The notes: generated by a model from the sequence alone, not told the origin. 64,000 nucleotides of DNA from an uncultured virus (IMG/VR IMGVR_UViG_3300010430_000021) (IMGVR_UViG_3300010430_000021), one strand, 5' to 3'; positions 46,570-56,095 are shown, counted from the stretch's first letter. A program made the numbers and translations.

Positions 46570-46985
46570 CGGAACATCACCTGTTGTGTGAGACTGCCCG
46601 CTTTCCATAGAGGCATGTCTTTGGGTGGGAATTTGGGCGTGCTTTGAGGGTCGAGACCTTCGCTTGTTAGGTCGAAGACTGGGAGCATGAGTCGACGAGC
46701 GAAGAGAGCTTCGTCAATCATGCCTTGGGACACGAGCGGGCCTAGCAGCCAGAGCTCATCGCAGCGTTTGATGCCTGCGTAGTTGCGTTGCATCCCTCGC
46801 TCACGGTCCACAGCGTTGGCGTCGTTGTAGACTTCGCAGTTGAGGATCCACATCGCGTTGAAGCAATGATCTGGCCAGTAGTGGTCACAGGCCCACTTGT
46901 ACCAGAGCTTCGCCTTGGCGATGTTCTCTAGGATGCCTGCTTGGGTTTTCGCGCCCAGTGGATGGGCTAGGTAGACTTGTTTCAC
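46566..46985 (-). CDS. DUF4406/nucleoside deoxyribosyltransferase-like protein
   Basis: VYLAHP...IKRCDELWLLG...SQGMIDEALFA. Confidence 0.7.
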   Translation of the reverse strand: MKQVYLAHPLGAKTQAGILENIAKAKLWYKWACDHYWPDHCFNAMWILNCEVYNDANAVDRERGMQRNYAGIKRCDELWLLGPLVSQGMIDEALFARRLMLPVFDLTSEGLDPQSTPKFPPKDMPLWKAGSLTQQVMFR

Positions 46986-47296
46986 TGTTTGCCTCCAGCT
47001 TTTGCGGCATCTTCCAAAGCATCGGCAGCCGCGAGCAATGCGCGGGCTCTAGCGAGCCTTTTTGAGAACTCCGATCGCTCGTCGTATTTGTCTTTGGTTG
47101 TGATGAACTTCAGTGCATCACCGTAGGCCCCCGGCTTGTAGAGGGCGTCTTGTGCTTGTTTGACAAGGGACGCGAGGACCCCTAGTTCTTCTAAGATGTC
47201 GTCGTGTATCTCAGCTATCAACGGGGACATGGGAGTCCCTCTGTAGTAGCAAGCGTTGTGCTGCATGTCGGGGTCTGTTTCTTTTTCTTTACTCAT
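46982..47296 (-). CDS. Hypothetical protein
   Basis: GGAGG RBS; ATGA coupling. Confidence 0.55.
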   Translation of the reverse strand: MSKEKETDPDMQHNACYYRGTPMSPLIAEIHDDILEELGVLASLVKQAQDALYKPGAYGDALKFITTKDKYDERSEFSKRLARARALLAAADALEDAAKAGGKQ

Positions 47297-47547
47297 GGGT
47301 GCCCTCCGTCGAGCATGATGTCTGCCGAGTCTGCAATGACTCGGAAGCGCGGTCCTGTCCTGCCGTCGTGTTCTACGTTCTCGTGGAATTCGCATTGCTC
47401 ACGAATGAACACGCGGCCTGTGCTTTCGCCTGTCAAGGCGCGGTAGATAACGTAGTCCCGTTCTGGCTCTACGTTGTGGTTGGTGGCATCGAGGGCGGTC
47501 TCATCCAGAACGAGGTAGAGCCCACCTTTGAAGTGTTGGTACAGCAT
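47293..47547 (-). CDS. DUF1653-like protein
   Basis: YQHFKGGLYLV...VIYRAL...FIRE..EF...PRF. Confidence 0.8.
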   Translation of the reverse strand: MLYQHFKGGLYLVLDETALDATNHNVEPERDYVIYRALTGESTGRVFIREQCEFHENVEHDGRTGPRFRVIADSADIMLDGGHP

Positions 47548-47975
47548 TAGTAGTCAGCGTCCCCCGAAGAGAGCCTCTTGGCTTCTTCGGTCGCTTCGAG
47601 TTGCTGTTGCACGATGCCTTCGCCCTTAGTGCGGAGCTCTTCGAGCTCTTCTTCGCTCACAACAGAGCTTGCGGGCGGCAACGCCAAGCCTTTCTCGAGC
47701 GCGTTGCGGTAGTTGGAGATGCCCGCACGCAACGCGGGGAAGTCTGGGAGCTTCGGGGGCTTTGTAAAAGGCCGATCGACCACCCTTGCGCCCATGCAAC
47801 CAAGGCAGATGTTCCCAAGGCTGCCGGCGTCAACCGATCCGCCGCCTGCGCATTCGGGGCATGGCATCTTTGGCGTGCCCAAGAACGAGATCTTCTCGTA
47901 CTCAGTCTGCAAATCTTCAAGGTCTCGAGCTCTTTCGTCGAGTTCGGCTGCGCTTATCGTTTCTTCTTCGCTCAT
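47547..47975 (-). CDS. Protein with DnaJ-type zinc finger
   Basis: CPECAGGG and CLGCMG. Confidence 0.6.
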   Translation of the reverse strand: MSEEETISAAELDERARDLEDLQTEYEKISFLGTPKMPCPECAGGGSVDAGSLGNICLGCMGARVVDRPFTKPPKLPDFPALRAGISNYRNALEKGLALPPASSVVSEEELEELRTKGEGIVQQQLEATEEAKRLSSGDADY

Positions 47976-48169
47976 GGTAGCTCCATCATCAATTCCGCTG
48001 CTTCTTCTTGAGCACCGGCAGCTATTTTGACTAGCTGGTGAATCTTTTCGAGGGTGGTTAGGGTTTGGTAATCCTCAATGTCGGGGGTGATTGGATCCTT
48101 CTCCATGCTCACCGACGTTGCGATGTTGTTTCTTGCGGCTCTAAGGTCCGCTGGGCGTCTCTTCGGCAT
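47972..48169 (-). CDS. Small hypothetical protein
   Basis: GGAGG RBS; ATGA coupling. Confidence 0.5.
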   Translation of the reverse strand: MPKRRPADLRAARNNIATSVSMEKDPITPDIEDYQTLTTLEKIHQLVKIAAGAQEEAAELMMELP

Positions 48170-48773
48170 CTTCCTCCTCCTTTTTCACGTCGTATTTCTT
48201 CACGACGGCTGCTGCATCCTTGTCACTCACGAGAAGCATCTCGGGAGTCTTCTCAAAGTTGTTGCGCATGATGCGCGAACCGCTCTTGTCATCGTCCAAG
48301 CCTAGGACGTGGCCCATCTCGTGAGCAATGATGTAGAGTTGGTCGTGGATGTTGCCAGGCATCGAGATATGAATCTCCCAAGTACCGTCTGGACACTCGT
48401 AGGAAGTAGCTGCATGGCCTTCCGTTTCGTGGATTGAGAACTTGCCGCAGGGCTCACCGTTCGCCGGCAGCACTCGGACAACGCTTTCCCCTGGCATTCG
48501 TTCCTCGAGAACGCCGGCAACGAAGAGGTCGGTACCTCTCGCGCCGTGTTTCGTGGGCATGATGTTGTTCCAAAGCATGATTGCGTAGCGCCCTGGCTCC
48601 GCGTAGTCGTCGTGGTAGTCAAGAACGATAGGTACAACGGGCGTGCGTGTTGGTTTCTCACTCCACACAAGCTCTCGAGCTTGCGGTCCTGTCCTGTAGA
48701 GGTAGCCGATGAGCACCATTGCGCCGATTGCGAGTGCTAGTAGGGAGCCCATGCGTAGTAGTTTCGTTGTCAT
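48141..48773 (-). CDS. Membrane-anchored metzincin (matrixin-like) metalloprotease
   Basis: N-terminal TM; AHEMGHVLGLDD and SRIM Met-turn. Confidence 0.75.
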   Translation of the reverse strand: MTTKLLRMGSLLALAIGAMVLIGYLYRTGPQARELVWSEKPTRTPVVPIVLDYHDDYAEPGRYAIMLWNNIMPTKHGARGTDLFVAGVLEERMPGESVVRVLPANGEPCGKFSIHETEGHAATSYECPDGTWEIHISMPGNIHDQLYIIAHEMGHVLGLDDDKSGSRIMRNNFEKTPEMLLVSDKDAAAVVKKYDVKKEEEDAEETPSGP

Positions 48774-48943
48774 TCCTGTGTTTCCATTCTCTCGATGCGG
48801 TTTAGGTGTTTCTCGTAGTGCTCTCGGTCGTGTTTGCAGGCTTCCTCTGTAGGGTGGTCGCCGCTAACGATGATCACGTTGCCTGAATCGGCTGCTGTCC
48901 AAGTCCAGGTGCCGTCGCTCTCTTGGTAGATGTCGAATTGCAC
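48770..48943 (-). CDS. Small DUF1508/YegP-like protein (57 aa)
   Basis: Read manually: MQFDIYQESDGTWTWTAADSGNVIIVSGDHPTEEAC...; ATGA coupling to the metalloprotease gene. Confidence 0.55.
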   Translation of the reverse strand: MQFDIYQESDGTWTWTAADSGNVIIVSGDHPTEEACKHDREHYEKHLNRIERMETQE

Positions 48944-48976
48944 GCCGGTTTTGTACCAGGGGGGTGTGACATTGGC

Positions 48977-49729
48977 CTAGGCGAACCCGTTCGCATCGAA
49001 ATGACAGACCCCTGAGTTCTCCCAACAGTCGTGTGGGCACGGTACTTTGCGGGTTTGGCACCAAATGTTGAGCTCTTGAGCTTGCATCAGGTGTCCCATC
49101 CTCCTTGCGCCGAGTGTTCGTATGGCTTTGCCGATCCCCTCGGCCAATTCACCGACTCCCCAACCACGGATGACCTTGTGGGGATGGTCTTTATCGGGAT
49201 TTTTGACAAACTGGCAGTACGGGAGCAGCCTTTGGAGCTCATACATGGTGTCCGCGTTGTGGTGGAAGTACGAAAGCACGAAGCTGTGCATCACAAGATC
49301 GGTGTCGGCCATCTCTGAAAGGTCCATCAACAGGCTGTTGAGCATCTGAATGAGCCGTCCCGCGTGCTCGTAGCGGTGTTGTCCTTGGCAAACCAGCGCG
49401 ATTTGCTCCGCTCGAACACGCCAAACCTGTTGTTTGGTCTTCGCTTCCTCTCGTCCCTTGCGCCTTTGCTCTAATTCGCGGGCGTAGGCAGCTCTACGCC
49501 GACCTGTTTGGGCGTACTTCTTCGCCTGCTCCATGCCCTCCGCGCATTTCGCGGGGTCGGCCATGACATCTTCGATCGCATAGAGCGTTTCAGTACCTAC
49601 CAAGTGCTCATCCAATTGCGATCCCCACAAGAAATCTTCTGAGAAGAGCGATACTTCTTTGAAGCCGCGCCACCGCGTCGCCCCTTTCACGGCGCGGTGT
49701 ATCTTGTTGAGGCGCAAACGGTTGGACAT
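48977..49729 (-). CDS. Hypothetical protein
   Basis: TGATG coupling to the Nudix gene. Confidence 0.65.
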   Translation of the reverse strand: MSNRLRLNKIHRAVKGATRWRGFKEVSLFSEDFLWGSQLDEHLVGTETLYAIEDVMADPAKCAEGMEQAKKYAQTGRRRAAYARELEQRRKGREEAKTKQQVWRVRAEQIALVCQGQHRYEHAGRLIQMLNSLLMDLSEMADTDLVMHSFVLSYFHHNADTMYELQRLLPYCQFVKNPDKDHPHKVIRGWGVGELAEGIGKAIRTLGARRMGHLMQAQELNIWCQTRKVPCPHDCWENSGVCHFDANGFA

Positions 49730-50184
49730 CAGCTCGGGAACTCCTGAATGGGGCCGTGACTGCTCCACAAACCACCATGATCGAGCAAGTATTCGATGTC
49801 ACCAAGCCATGCGTGCAGGCTTGGGCAGCACGGAAGCCTGTCGCTAGCGTCGGAAGGGTCGAGCCAGCGCAGCTCTGAAGACTCGAGTGGCTTCGGAGTC
49901 TGGTCCGACGACACCACGCAGGCGTAGAGAAGCATCAGGATGCGGCAATCGTTGCGGGTGAACGATGCAAGCGACACGATGTTGTGGACCGCGGCGTTGA
50001 TCCCCAGCTCTTCGCGGAGCTCACGGGCCAAAGCATCGCGTTCAAGCTCGCCTCCTTCGACTTTTCCGCCTGGGATCTCCCACTGGCCCGGCAATACGCT
50101 GCTGTCTTTGCGCTTTGCCATGAGCACTTCGCGTTGCGGGTTGACGATTAGGCCGCTCACCACGACGACGGCGCGGCCCATCAT
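49729..50184 (-). CDS. mutT: Nudix hydrolase (MutT-like)
   Basis: Full Nudix box GGKVEGGELERDALARELREELGI. Confidence 0.85.
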   Translation of the reverse strand: MMGRAVVVVSGLIVNPQREVLMAKRKDSSVLPGQWEIPGGKVEGGELERDALARELREELGINAAVHNIVSLASFTRNDCRILMLLYACVVSSDQTPKPLESSELRWLDPSDASDRLPCCPSLHAWLGDIEYLLDHGGLWSSHGPIQEFPS

Positions 50185-50873
50185 TGGTCACACCCTCGGC
50201 AGTTGTAGCTGTTGGGCCTCGAGTCCTCGATCGGGCCGCTGCACCTTGCGCATTTCCGCTCTTCGTGATGTCCTTCGTGGCCTCGAGGCTTTGTGCAGGA
50301 CCACCGAATCGCGTTTGGCGCGGAGCTTGTAGCTAGTCGGGCGCCGCAAAGCACGCTTTTGAAGGCTGGGGAAGCTGCACACGGTCCTTCGTGCCCCGGA
50401 TCTCGTGAGCAGGCCCATCCCGTAGGCGGCAACTGGCACTTGATAGGTCCAAATGCCCTGGCTGGCGGCGTCGGGGCGCCCGTCGCAGCTTGGATCTTCT
50501 CCAAAAGTAGCTGTGCGCGGACTCCATCGCGGGGCCAAGGCGCTCGATCGCGCGAAAAGATGGGCTCACAACACTGATTCCACAGGTCGTAGTCGAACCC
50601 AGAGACGCGATCGTTGTCGAAAGCGTACTCCAACAGCCCGTAGACAGCTCGATTCCAGGCGTCGAGGTCGGTTCGAGGCCCCTTTGCGAGCGCAAAGTGC
50701 GGCCCCGAGTGGTCTTTTTGCCTGTCGCAAGCGTCATCGGGGCACTTTTGCGGTCCTCGAATGGCCTCGATCGCCACGGAGGCGGCATCGTCCACGGCCT
50801 TGATAGCTACCTCGGCAGCTCTCTCAACGGCTTCAACAGCCTGTTTTTGCGTCGTTTTGTCGTCATCTACCAC
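50181..50873 (-). CDS. Hypothetical protein with repeated C-x5-H-x-G-x-H/C units
   Basis: CDRQKDHSGPH, CSRDPGHEGPC, CTKPRGHEGHH; AAGGAG RBS. Confidence 0.65.
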   Translation of the reverse strand: MVDDDKTTQKQAVEAVERAAEVAIKAVDDAASVAIEAIRGPQKCPDDACDRQKDHSGPHFALAKGPRTDLDAWNRAVYGLLEYAFDNDRVSGFDYDLWNQCCEPIFSRDRAPWPRDGVRAQLLLEKIQAATGAPTPPARAFGPIKCQLPPTGWACSRDPGHEGPCAASPAFKSVLCGARLATSSAPNAIRWSCTKPRGHEGHHEERKCARCSGPIEDSRPNSYNCRGCDQ

Positions 50874-50952
50874 GGTTCACAGCTCCTTTGTCGGGAAAAG
50901 GCCCATTTGGGGGCCTAAAAGCTCAATAATATCAAGTAGTTAGCTAGTATCT

Positions 50953-50976
50953 GTCCAGAAACATATATTTCTGGAC
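50953..50976. promoter_or_regulatory. Inverted repeat in AT-rich intergenic patch (operator candidate)
   Basis: GTCCAGAAA-catata-TTTCTGGAC. Confidence 0.45.
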
Positions 50977-51260
50977 TATAGGGTACCTGGGGGCGTTTGG
51001 TCAACAGCTCCCCCAACGCTGGTAGACAGCTCCGAAATGGGCCCTTTTCGTTTCCAGATCCACGCCCACAGCTCCCTCAGCACCGATCGCCGTTTTGGTA
51101 GCAGTCGGGCCTTTGGCAGCTCCGCTCTCCTCGCTAGGACCACTTTGATTGTGGGGGGCACCTGTCGGGCTAGCTCTTGGCGCTCCCGAATGAGTCTTTC
51201 CCCTTCGGGCAGCTTTGGTTGTGGTCGCCGTTCGCGCATGGCGTAGATCGTGGGCATCAT
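50976..51260 (-). CDS. Hypothetical basic protein
   Basis: GGAG RBS before ATGATG. Confidence 0.45.
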   Translation of the reverse strand: MMPTIYAMRERRPQPKLPEGERLIRERQELARQVPPTIKVVLARRAELPKARLLPKRRSVLRELWAWIWKRKGPISELSTSVGGAVDQTPPGTL

Positions 51261-51405
51261 TCTTTCTCCAGTCGCGCCGTTGGCAGCTTGCGCCGCGGAG
51301 CTTCCACAGGGAAAAACGTGGGCAGGTTTCGAGGGATGATCAGCCGCCCAGCTATGAGAGCGATCGAATAGAGCAGGAACAAGCCGCCAAGCACTGCTAG
51401 GAAGA

Positions 51406-51726
51406 TCATCGTCTCTTCTTTCTGCGCAGCTCGTCATCCACTTCTTTGAGAGCTTCGTCGATCTCGCGCTCGAGCTCCTTTTTCGTCCAGCCTATCTTGC
51501 GGGCCCCCATCTTTTGCAGGAACCGCAGCTCGACCAAATCGCAGAAGTGAGCTCGCCGGCAGCGGCTAACGCAAAAGCCCCCAACGAACCAGCCGTAGGT
51601 GAGACTGAACAAGAGCACCAGCTCGTCGGATCCGGTGTGCATCTTGAGCAGCTTGGCCGTTGTTATGAGAAACCCCAAGTAGATGATGATGCAGGTTCCC
51701 GCTGTTCGTGTGAGTCTGCTCATCAT
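51406..51726 (-). CDS. 2-TM membrane protein
   Basis: Two hydrophobic helices, charged tail. Confidence 0.6.
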   Translation of the reverse strand: MMSRLTRTAGTCIIIYLGFLITTAKLLKMHTGSDELVLLFSLTYGWFVGGFCVSRCRRAHFCDLVELRFLQKMGARKIGWTKKELEREIDEALKEVDDELRRKKRR

Positions 51727-52022
51727 CTCTTCTTGTGCGCCCGCTTCTTGGACTTGTGAACCTTCTCCGCTTGCGAGGCAACGAAGATGATGGACTTGCC
51801 TATCTCTTCATCGCTCTTGCCGCGGGCCAAGGTCATCACCGTGCGGATCTTCGAGGCTGCCCGTTTGCGTACTCGATCCGTCGCAGGGCGAACCTCCGCA
51901 GGCCCCCCCATGGTCAAGTCGAACACCCACTGAAACCAAACCCCCCGAGGGCCCGATTCGCTATCGTGGCCCTCGAAGAATTCATCGGCGTCCCTCGCGA
52001 GTTGGCGAAAGTCCTCAGCCAT
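51723..52022 (-). CDS. Hypothetical protein
   Basis: Overlap-coupled ORF. Confidence 0.55.
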   Translation of the reverse strand: MAEDFRQLARDADEFFEGHDSESGPRGVWFQWVFDLTMGGPAEVRPATDRVRKRAASKIRTVMTLARGKSDEEIGKSIIFVASQAEKVHKSKKRAHKKR

Positions 52023-52443
52023 TGTCGATGCTGGTAAGGAAGTCAGGCCGAGGGCTGTGCTCCACCACGTATCCCCCAGGCTCGACGCTGGTAAGGAAGT
52101 CGTTGTAGGCTTTTCGTTGGGCCTCGCGGTTATCGTGGTACTGCCACGTTCCCCAGATAGGCATGGTGCCTTCGTGTCGTGCGAGCTCGCGAGCGAGTCT
52201 CTTCTCGAGCGTGGTCATCCCATGCCCACCACCTTCGGCCCATGCGTCGGGTCGCGATGCGGTCTTTCTCTCGAAAACCATCTGGCAAGGGCCGTCGTTG
52301 GAGTCTAGGTCCACGGCCACGATGCGGATATGTCGCTTCGTTCCGTAGACGAGCTCGGTGCCCTTCCAAATCACTTTGCGGCGCCCGCTGCGCTTCGGGG
52401 GTAGCTTCGGTTGTGTCGGCTTCTTTCTCGGTTTCATTCCCAT
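52015..52443 (-). CDS. Hypothetical protein (MGMKPRKKP...)
   Basis: AAGGA RBS. Confidence 0.6.
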   Translation of the reverse strand: MGMKPRKKPTQPKLPPKRSGRRKVIWKGTELVYGTKRHIRIVAVDLDSNDGPCQMVFERKTASRPDAWAEGGGHGMTTLEKRLARELARHEGTMPIWGTWQYHDNREAQRKAYNDFLTSVEPGGYVVEHSPRPDFLTSIDNG

Positions 52444-52610
52444 GTCGGTTTTTCCTTATCGTAGGTAGTCAATGAGCTTCGGCACGTATCCTGTGCGTCG
52501 GCCCGTGAGTCGGTTGATCTCTTCTCGTATCTCGATGCGGTCCTCAACCTCTTCCGCAATCTCGAATAGTTCTTGAGCTTTCAGCTCCTCTTGTTTCTTC
52601 TTGGGGTAGT

Positions 52611-52970
52611 TCATGGCTTAGGTAGTCTTGGGGGACGTGCGCGTCCTGGGCAAGTTTTCACCACAACATCCATCTGCCACTTAACCCCTTCCATAACTTC
52701 GAGGCACTGCTTCTGTGCCTCGTTGGAATCCCTAAGAGATTCACGTAGACGGGATAGTGAGTCGCGCGTGTCGAGCAAATCAGAGACGCGCTTCTTCAAT
52801 TCGCGATTCTCCGCTTTGGCCTCGAGCAATTGCTTCTCGAAAGCATCAGCTTTTCTCTCGGCCTCGACCGTCTCTCTGTAGTTGAGCTCGTGCCCGCCCA
52901 CAAAGAAGACGATCATCCCCGCCGCACAATAGACGTTCAGCAACACGCGCATCTGATTGGCCGGGCTCAC
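52611..52970 (-). CDS. TM + coiled-coil protein
   Basis: N-terminal hydrophobic helix then coiled coil. Confidence 0.6.
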   Translation of the reverse strand: MSPANQMRVLLNVYCAAGMIVFFVGGHELNYRETVEAERKADAFEKQLLEAKAENRELKKRVSDLLDTRDSLSRLRESLRDSNEAQKQCLEVMEGVKWQMDVVVKTCPGRARPPRLPKP

Positions 52971-53575
52971 TGCACGTCTCGCGTTTGGGCGCCATCGACA
53001 ATGTAGATGGCCGCTTTATCGTCAACGTGCTTCTCGAAGTAGGCTCGAGCACTCTTTGGGAAAGGCCACGTCCAGGCGTAGAGTCCCGTTGTGAGTTGCT
53101 TGACGGCCCTGTCGATGAGCACCCCGCGCCACTTCAATCGCTCTCGGCCCGTCATGAGCTTCAGCTCTTCGTTGATGCCGTGAGCGTATGCCGCTCGCTC
53201 GAACCGCCATCGGAAGTAGGCGAGGCCCGCGGGTAGCGGTAGGAGTAGATAGAGGATCGTGTAGAGGGGCAAGCCCACGATGGGGTTCCCGAAACCGCAC
53301 TTCGCACACTGCTTGATATGCTCGAGCTCGTGCTCTAACACTGCGATGCGGCCCTGGATGCGCTTCTTCTCCCAACCCTCGGGCACGCCAATCCACGGCC
53401 CGATGGTCGTGTAGTAGCCTTTGAGGAAGTTGCGATTCCCGCCAAAGGTGATGATGGCGACGATGACGTGCAACGTCTTCCAGAACCACCCTTGCTTCTT
53501 GACGATGCTCCCACCCGCGTTCTCAATCTTGAGGATTGTCGATCGGAGCTTCGCTTCCAGTTCTTGCTTTGTCAT
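52967..53575 (-). CDS. Membrane-associated HExxH metalloprotease-like protein
   Basis: VLEHELEHIKQ...FERAAY with hydrophobic helices. Confidence 0.7.
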   Translation of the reverse strand: MTKQELEAKLRSTILKIENAGGSIVKKQGWFWKTLHVIVAIITFGGNRNFLKGYYTTIGPWIGVPEGWEKKRIQGRIAVLEHELEHIKQCAKCGFGNPIVGLPLYTILYLLLPLPAGLAYFRWRFERAAYAHGINEELKLMTGRERLKWRGVLIDRAVKQLTTGLYAWTWPFPKSARAYFEKHVDDKAAIYIVDGAQTRDVQ

Positions 53576-53882
53576 TCTCTTCTCTCCAGGCTACGAAGCG
53601 GTCTCGCTCCGCGATTGTTTCAAACCACCAACCCGACCAATAGGTGCCCCCTTCGGCGACGAAAGGAATCCCGTCATCGGTCCAATCGCGTTGGTAGAAA
53701 TGTACTTGGGCAACGTCGTCCCAGTTGCTTGCGATCGTGTGACTCTCTACGTCATCGGGCCCGCGCGTGTGCTCGAGCTTCACGAAAGCCGGCGCTTCCC
53801 CTTCCATCTCCCAGTTGTGGTACCCCTCAAGGCTTAGCGTGTGCCATTCACGCATCGGGTATTTCCACTTCCAGCCGAGCAC
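53523..53882 (-). CDS. Hypothetical Trp-rich protein
   Basis: Coupled to the nuclease gene. Confidence 0.55.
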   Translation of the reverse strand: MLGWKWKYPMREWHTLSLEGYHNWEMEGEAPAFVKLEHTRGPDDVESHTIASNWDDVAQVHFYQRDWTDDGIPFVAEGGTYWSGWWFETIAERDRFVAWREENDKARTGSEAPIDNPQD

Positions 53883-54241
53883 TACTTATCCCTCGCCACG
53901 CCCATGCCTTCGTCGATGAGCCTGAGAGACATGCTGAGCCAGGCATCCGAGCCAGGCGGTAGGTATTCGACATCGGCGAGCCAGCGGCCAAAGGAGTCGG
54001 CCTTGTAGGTGGTGGCGCGGATTTGGTCCGCGGCCTCGAGGCGTGCGAGCACAAAGTCTTTGGCCACGCGGGCCTTGGCTTTGGTTTCGTCGGTACCGCC
54101 GCGGAGCTCGGGCGTGTCCACACCTAGGAGTCGGAACCGCAGCGCGGCAGACATGTAGAAGCCGAGGTCGATGCGGAGATCTACTGTGTCTCCGTCGACG
54201 ACTTTGATGAGTTCGGCGGCGTATTCGTATTTGCGTTGCAT
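53882..54241 (-). CDS. Thermonuclease (SNase-like)
   Basis: KVVDGDTVD...RLLGVDTPE...DSFGRWLA. Confidence 0.9.
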   Translation of the reverse strand: MQRKYEYAAELIKVVDGDTVDLRIDLGFYMSAALRFRLLGVDTPELRGGTDETKAKARVAKDFVLARLEAADQIRATTYKADSFGRWLADVEYLPPGSDAWLSMSLRLIDEGMGVARDK

Positions 54242-54363
54242 TCTTGGTAGTCCAGTTCGTTGTTGATGAGGTCGGTAGCGACCTTAGAGATGGTGCAGCC
54301 CCGCCTCTTGGCGATGGCTCGGATTTCTTCGTAGGTTTCCCCACGCACGCTGATTTGGCTCAT
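54181..54363 (-). CDS. Ribbon-helix-helix DNA-binding protein
   Basis: SQISVRGETYEEIRAIAKRRGCTISKVATDLI; AAGGAG RBS. Confidence 0.6.
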   Translation of the reverse strand: MSQISVRGETYEEIRAIAKRRGCTISKVATDLINNELDYQECNANTNTPPNSSKSSTETQ

Positions 54364-54490
54364 TGGCTTCTCCTTGCGAGCAGCTCTTGGCCTGTCAATC
54401 CAGTGATAGGGCAAGTGTCTGCTTTCTGCGAGTAGTACAGTCTCATCGCTTCGTTGAGTAGTGCTTCGATGAATTCGTAGATGGATGCGC

Positions 54491-54799
54491 TCAATTTAGA
54501 TCGCCTTTCTTCAGACCCTTCTTTGCCTGCTCGAGTTTCGCAATCCCGCCCATGAGTCGGTCGGCGGCCTCGATGGTTGCGTCGCGCTCATGAAGGAGAT
54601 CGTGCATGTCGTTGCGACCCTTCAAAACCTTGGCCATCGCCGTATGCGCGAGCAGAGACATCCTCGCCCTCGGGCTGCACTCAGTCATGGCTTTCTGCAA
54701 AGACTGGTTGAGCCAGGAGAGCGCCTTTTCCTCTTCATCGGTGAGGTTCAGGTCATAAGGGCATTCGTAGCCCTCTTCGTGTTTGTCGTGCTTGCTCAT
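54491..54799 (-). CDS. Hypothetical protein
   Basis: ATGA coupling. Confidence 0.6.
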   Translation of the reverse strand: MSKHDKHEEGYECPYDLNLTDEEEKALSWLNQSLQKAMTECSPRARMSLLAHTAMAKVLKGRNDMHDLLHERDATIEAADRLMGGIAKLEQAKKGLKKGDLN

Positions 54800-55371
54800 G
54801 GCGTCTCTTCTTTCCCCTGAAAGTCGACGCCCGCCCCTTGGAAGAAATCGACGACAAGTTTCGTGTTCTGGCTAGGATAATACTCCCCCCACACCACTCT
54901 CCTGACGCCGGCATTGACGATTCTCTTTGCGCAGTTGTAACAGGGGATGACCGTGACATAGATGGTGCCGCCCTCTGCCCTGCGCCCCGCGTCGTCCAGG
55001 GCGTTGCTCTCTGCGTGGAGCGTCCGCACGCAGCTCGGGCGCCCGTCCACCTCTTTGAGAAGATGGCCCACGTCCGAGCAGTGAGGCATTCCCTTTGCTG
55101 AGCCGTTGTAGCCCGTAGAGACGATGCGGTTGTTGCCGTCCACGATGACCGCGCCAACGTGCTTGCGGTCGCAGGTTGCCCGCCTGGCGACGAGCTCGGC
55201 CATGTCGGCGAAGTATTGGTCCCAGGTCGGGCGCCCTTCTCGGCCCTCGAGCTTGGCGAGCTCCGCTTTCAGCTCGGCGACGTGGCGTGCCCGTCCTTGT
55301 CTAAGGATCTCCCTACCCATCGTGGTCTTGGCGAGCGCCCGGACTTTATCGCTGTCGGGTTCGTAGCTCAA
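54796..55371 (-). CDS. dCMP deaminase
   Basis: RPTWDQYF...RATC...VGAVIV...GYNG...HAESNA...PCYNC. Confidence 0.9.
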   Translation of the reverse strand: MSYEPDSDKVRALAKTTMGREILRQGRARHVAELKAELAKLEGREGRPTWDQYFADMAELVARRATCDRKHVGAVIVDGNNRIVSTGYNGSAKGMPHCSDVGHLLKEVDGRPSCVRTLHAESNALDDAGRRAEGGTIYVTVIPCYNCAKRIVNAGVRRVVWGEYYPSQNTKLVVDFFQGAGVDFQGKEETP

Positions 55372-56090
55372 GGGCTGATCTCCCGAGCGAGTTCTATGGC
55401 GCCCATCGTGTAGTCGCTCGCGCTCTCGGATTCCTTGGCGGACAAGATGTATTCGACGGCGCGTGTTTCGTTGGAGACTTCCTTCGCGGGCTCTGGCTCA
55501 TAGAGCAAGGGCTCGGGGCCTAGCGGGAGCATGTCGAGGTAGTGGCTCATTTCCTCGATGCTGTTGTGAAGGTCTTCGATTGCTCGATGCGCTTTGTACT
55601 CTGGCGGCTTCCAGGGCCGGTGGTCTGGATAGAAGAGTTTGAGCATGTTCTTGATCGAGCTCACGTCCAGGTTCCTGTAGTGGAAGACTTCGTTGAGTTT
55701 GGGCGCGAGCTTCTTCACGAAGCCTCGATCGAACGAGATTGTGTTCCCACACATGGGCGAGCCGATTGCCCCGAACTGGCGCATGAACTCTATAGCGCTC
55801 TCTACGGCTGTTTTGAGAGGCACTCTCTCGCTGTCTTTGGAGAAGAGCTCATTCCAAAGCCCGTTGGCCTGGTGCATGTCCCAAATGAAGGGCTCAAGGT
55901 TCTGCATGTTGATCATGCGCGTTGGGAACGTCACCCACGAGCACTCGGCGAGCACGTCGAGTTGTCGATTGGTGATGACGATACCGAGCTCGAGGATGGA
56001 GCATTCGCTTTCGTCGAGCCCGGTTGTCTCCAGATCGAGCCAGGCTAGGTTGGTGTGTTCGTCGTCGTTGTGATCAGCTTTTTGGGTCAT
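55368..56090 (-). CDS. orn: Oligoribonuclease (DEDDh)
   Basis: WLDLETTGLD...MH..NGL...CGNTISFDR...FHYRNLDVSSIK...HRAIEDL. Confidence 0.9.
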   Translation of the reverse strand: MTQKADHNDDEHTNLAWLDLETTGLDESECSILELGIVITNRQLDVLAECSWVTFPTRMINMQNLEPFIWDMHQANGLWNELFSKDSERVPLKTAVESAIEFMRQFGAIGSPMCGNTISFDRGFVKKLAPKLNEVFHYRNLDVSSIKNMLKLFYPDHRPWKPPEYKAHRAIEDLHNSIEEMSHYLDMLPLGPEPLLYEPEPAKEVSNETRAVEYILSAKESESASDYTMGAIELAREISP

Positions 56091-56095
56091 GGGTT

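Noticed and set aside
52611..52970. Second i-spanin
   Set aside because: TM + coiled coil, but no overlapping lipoprotein gene or lysis context
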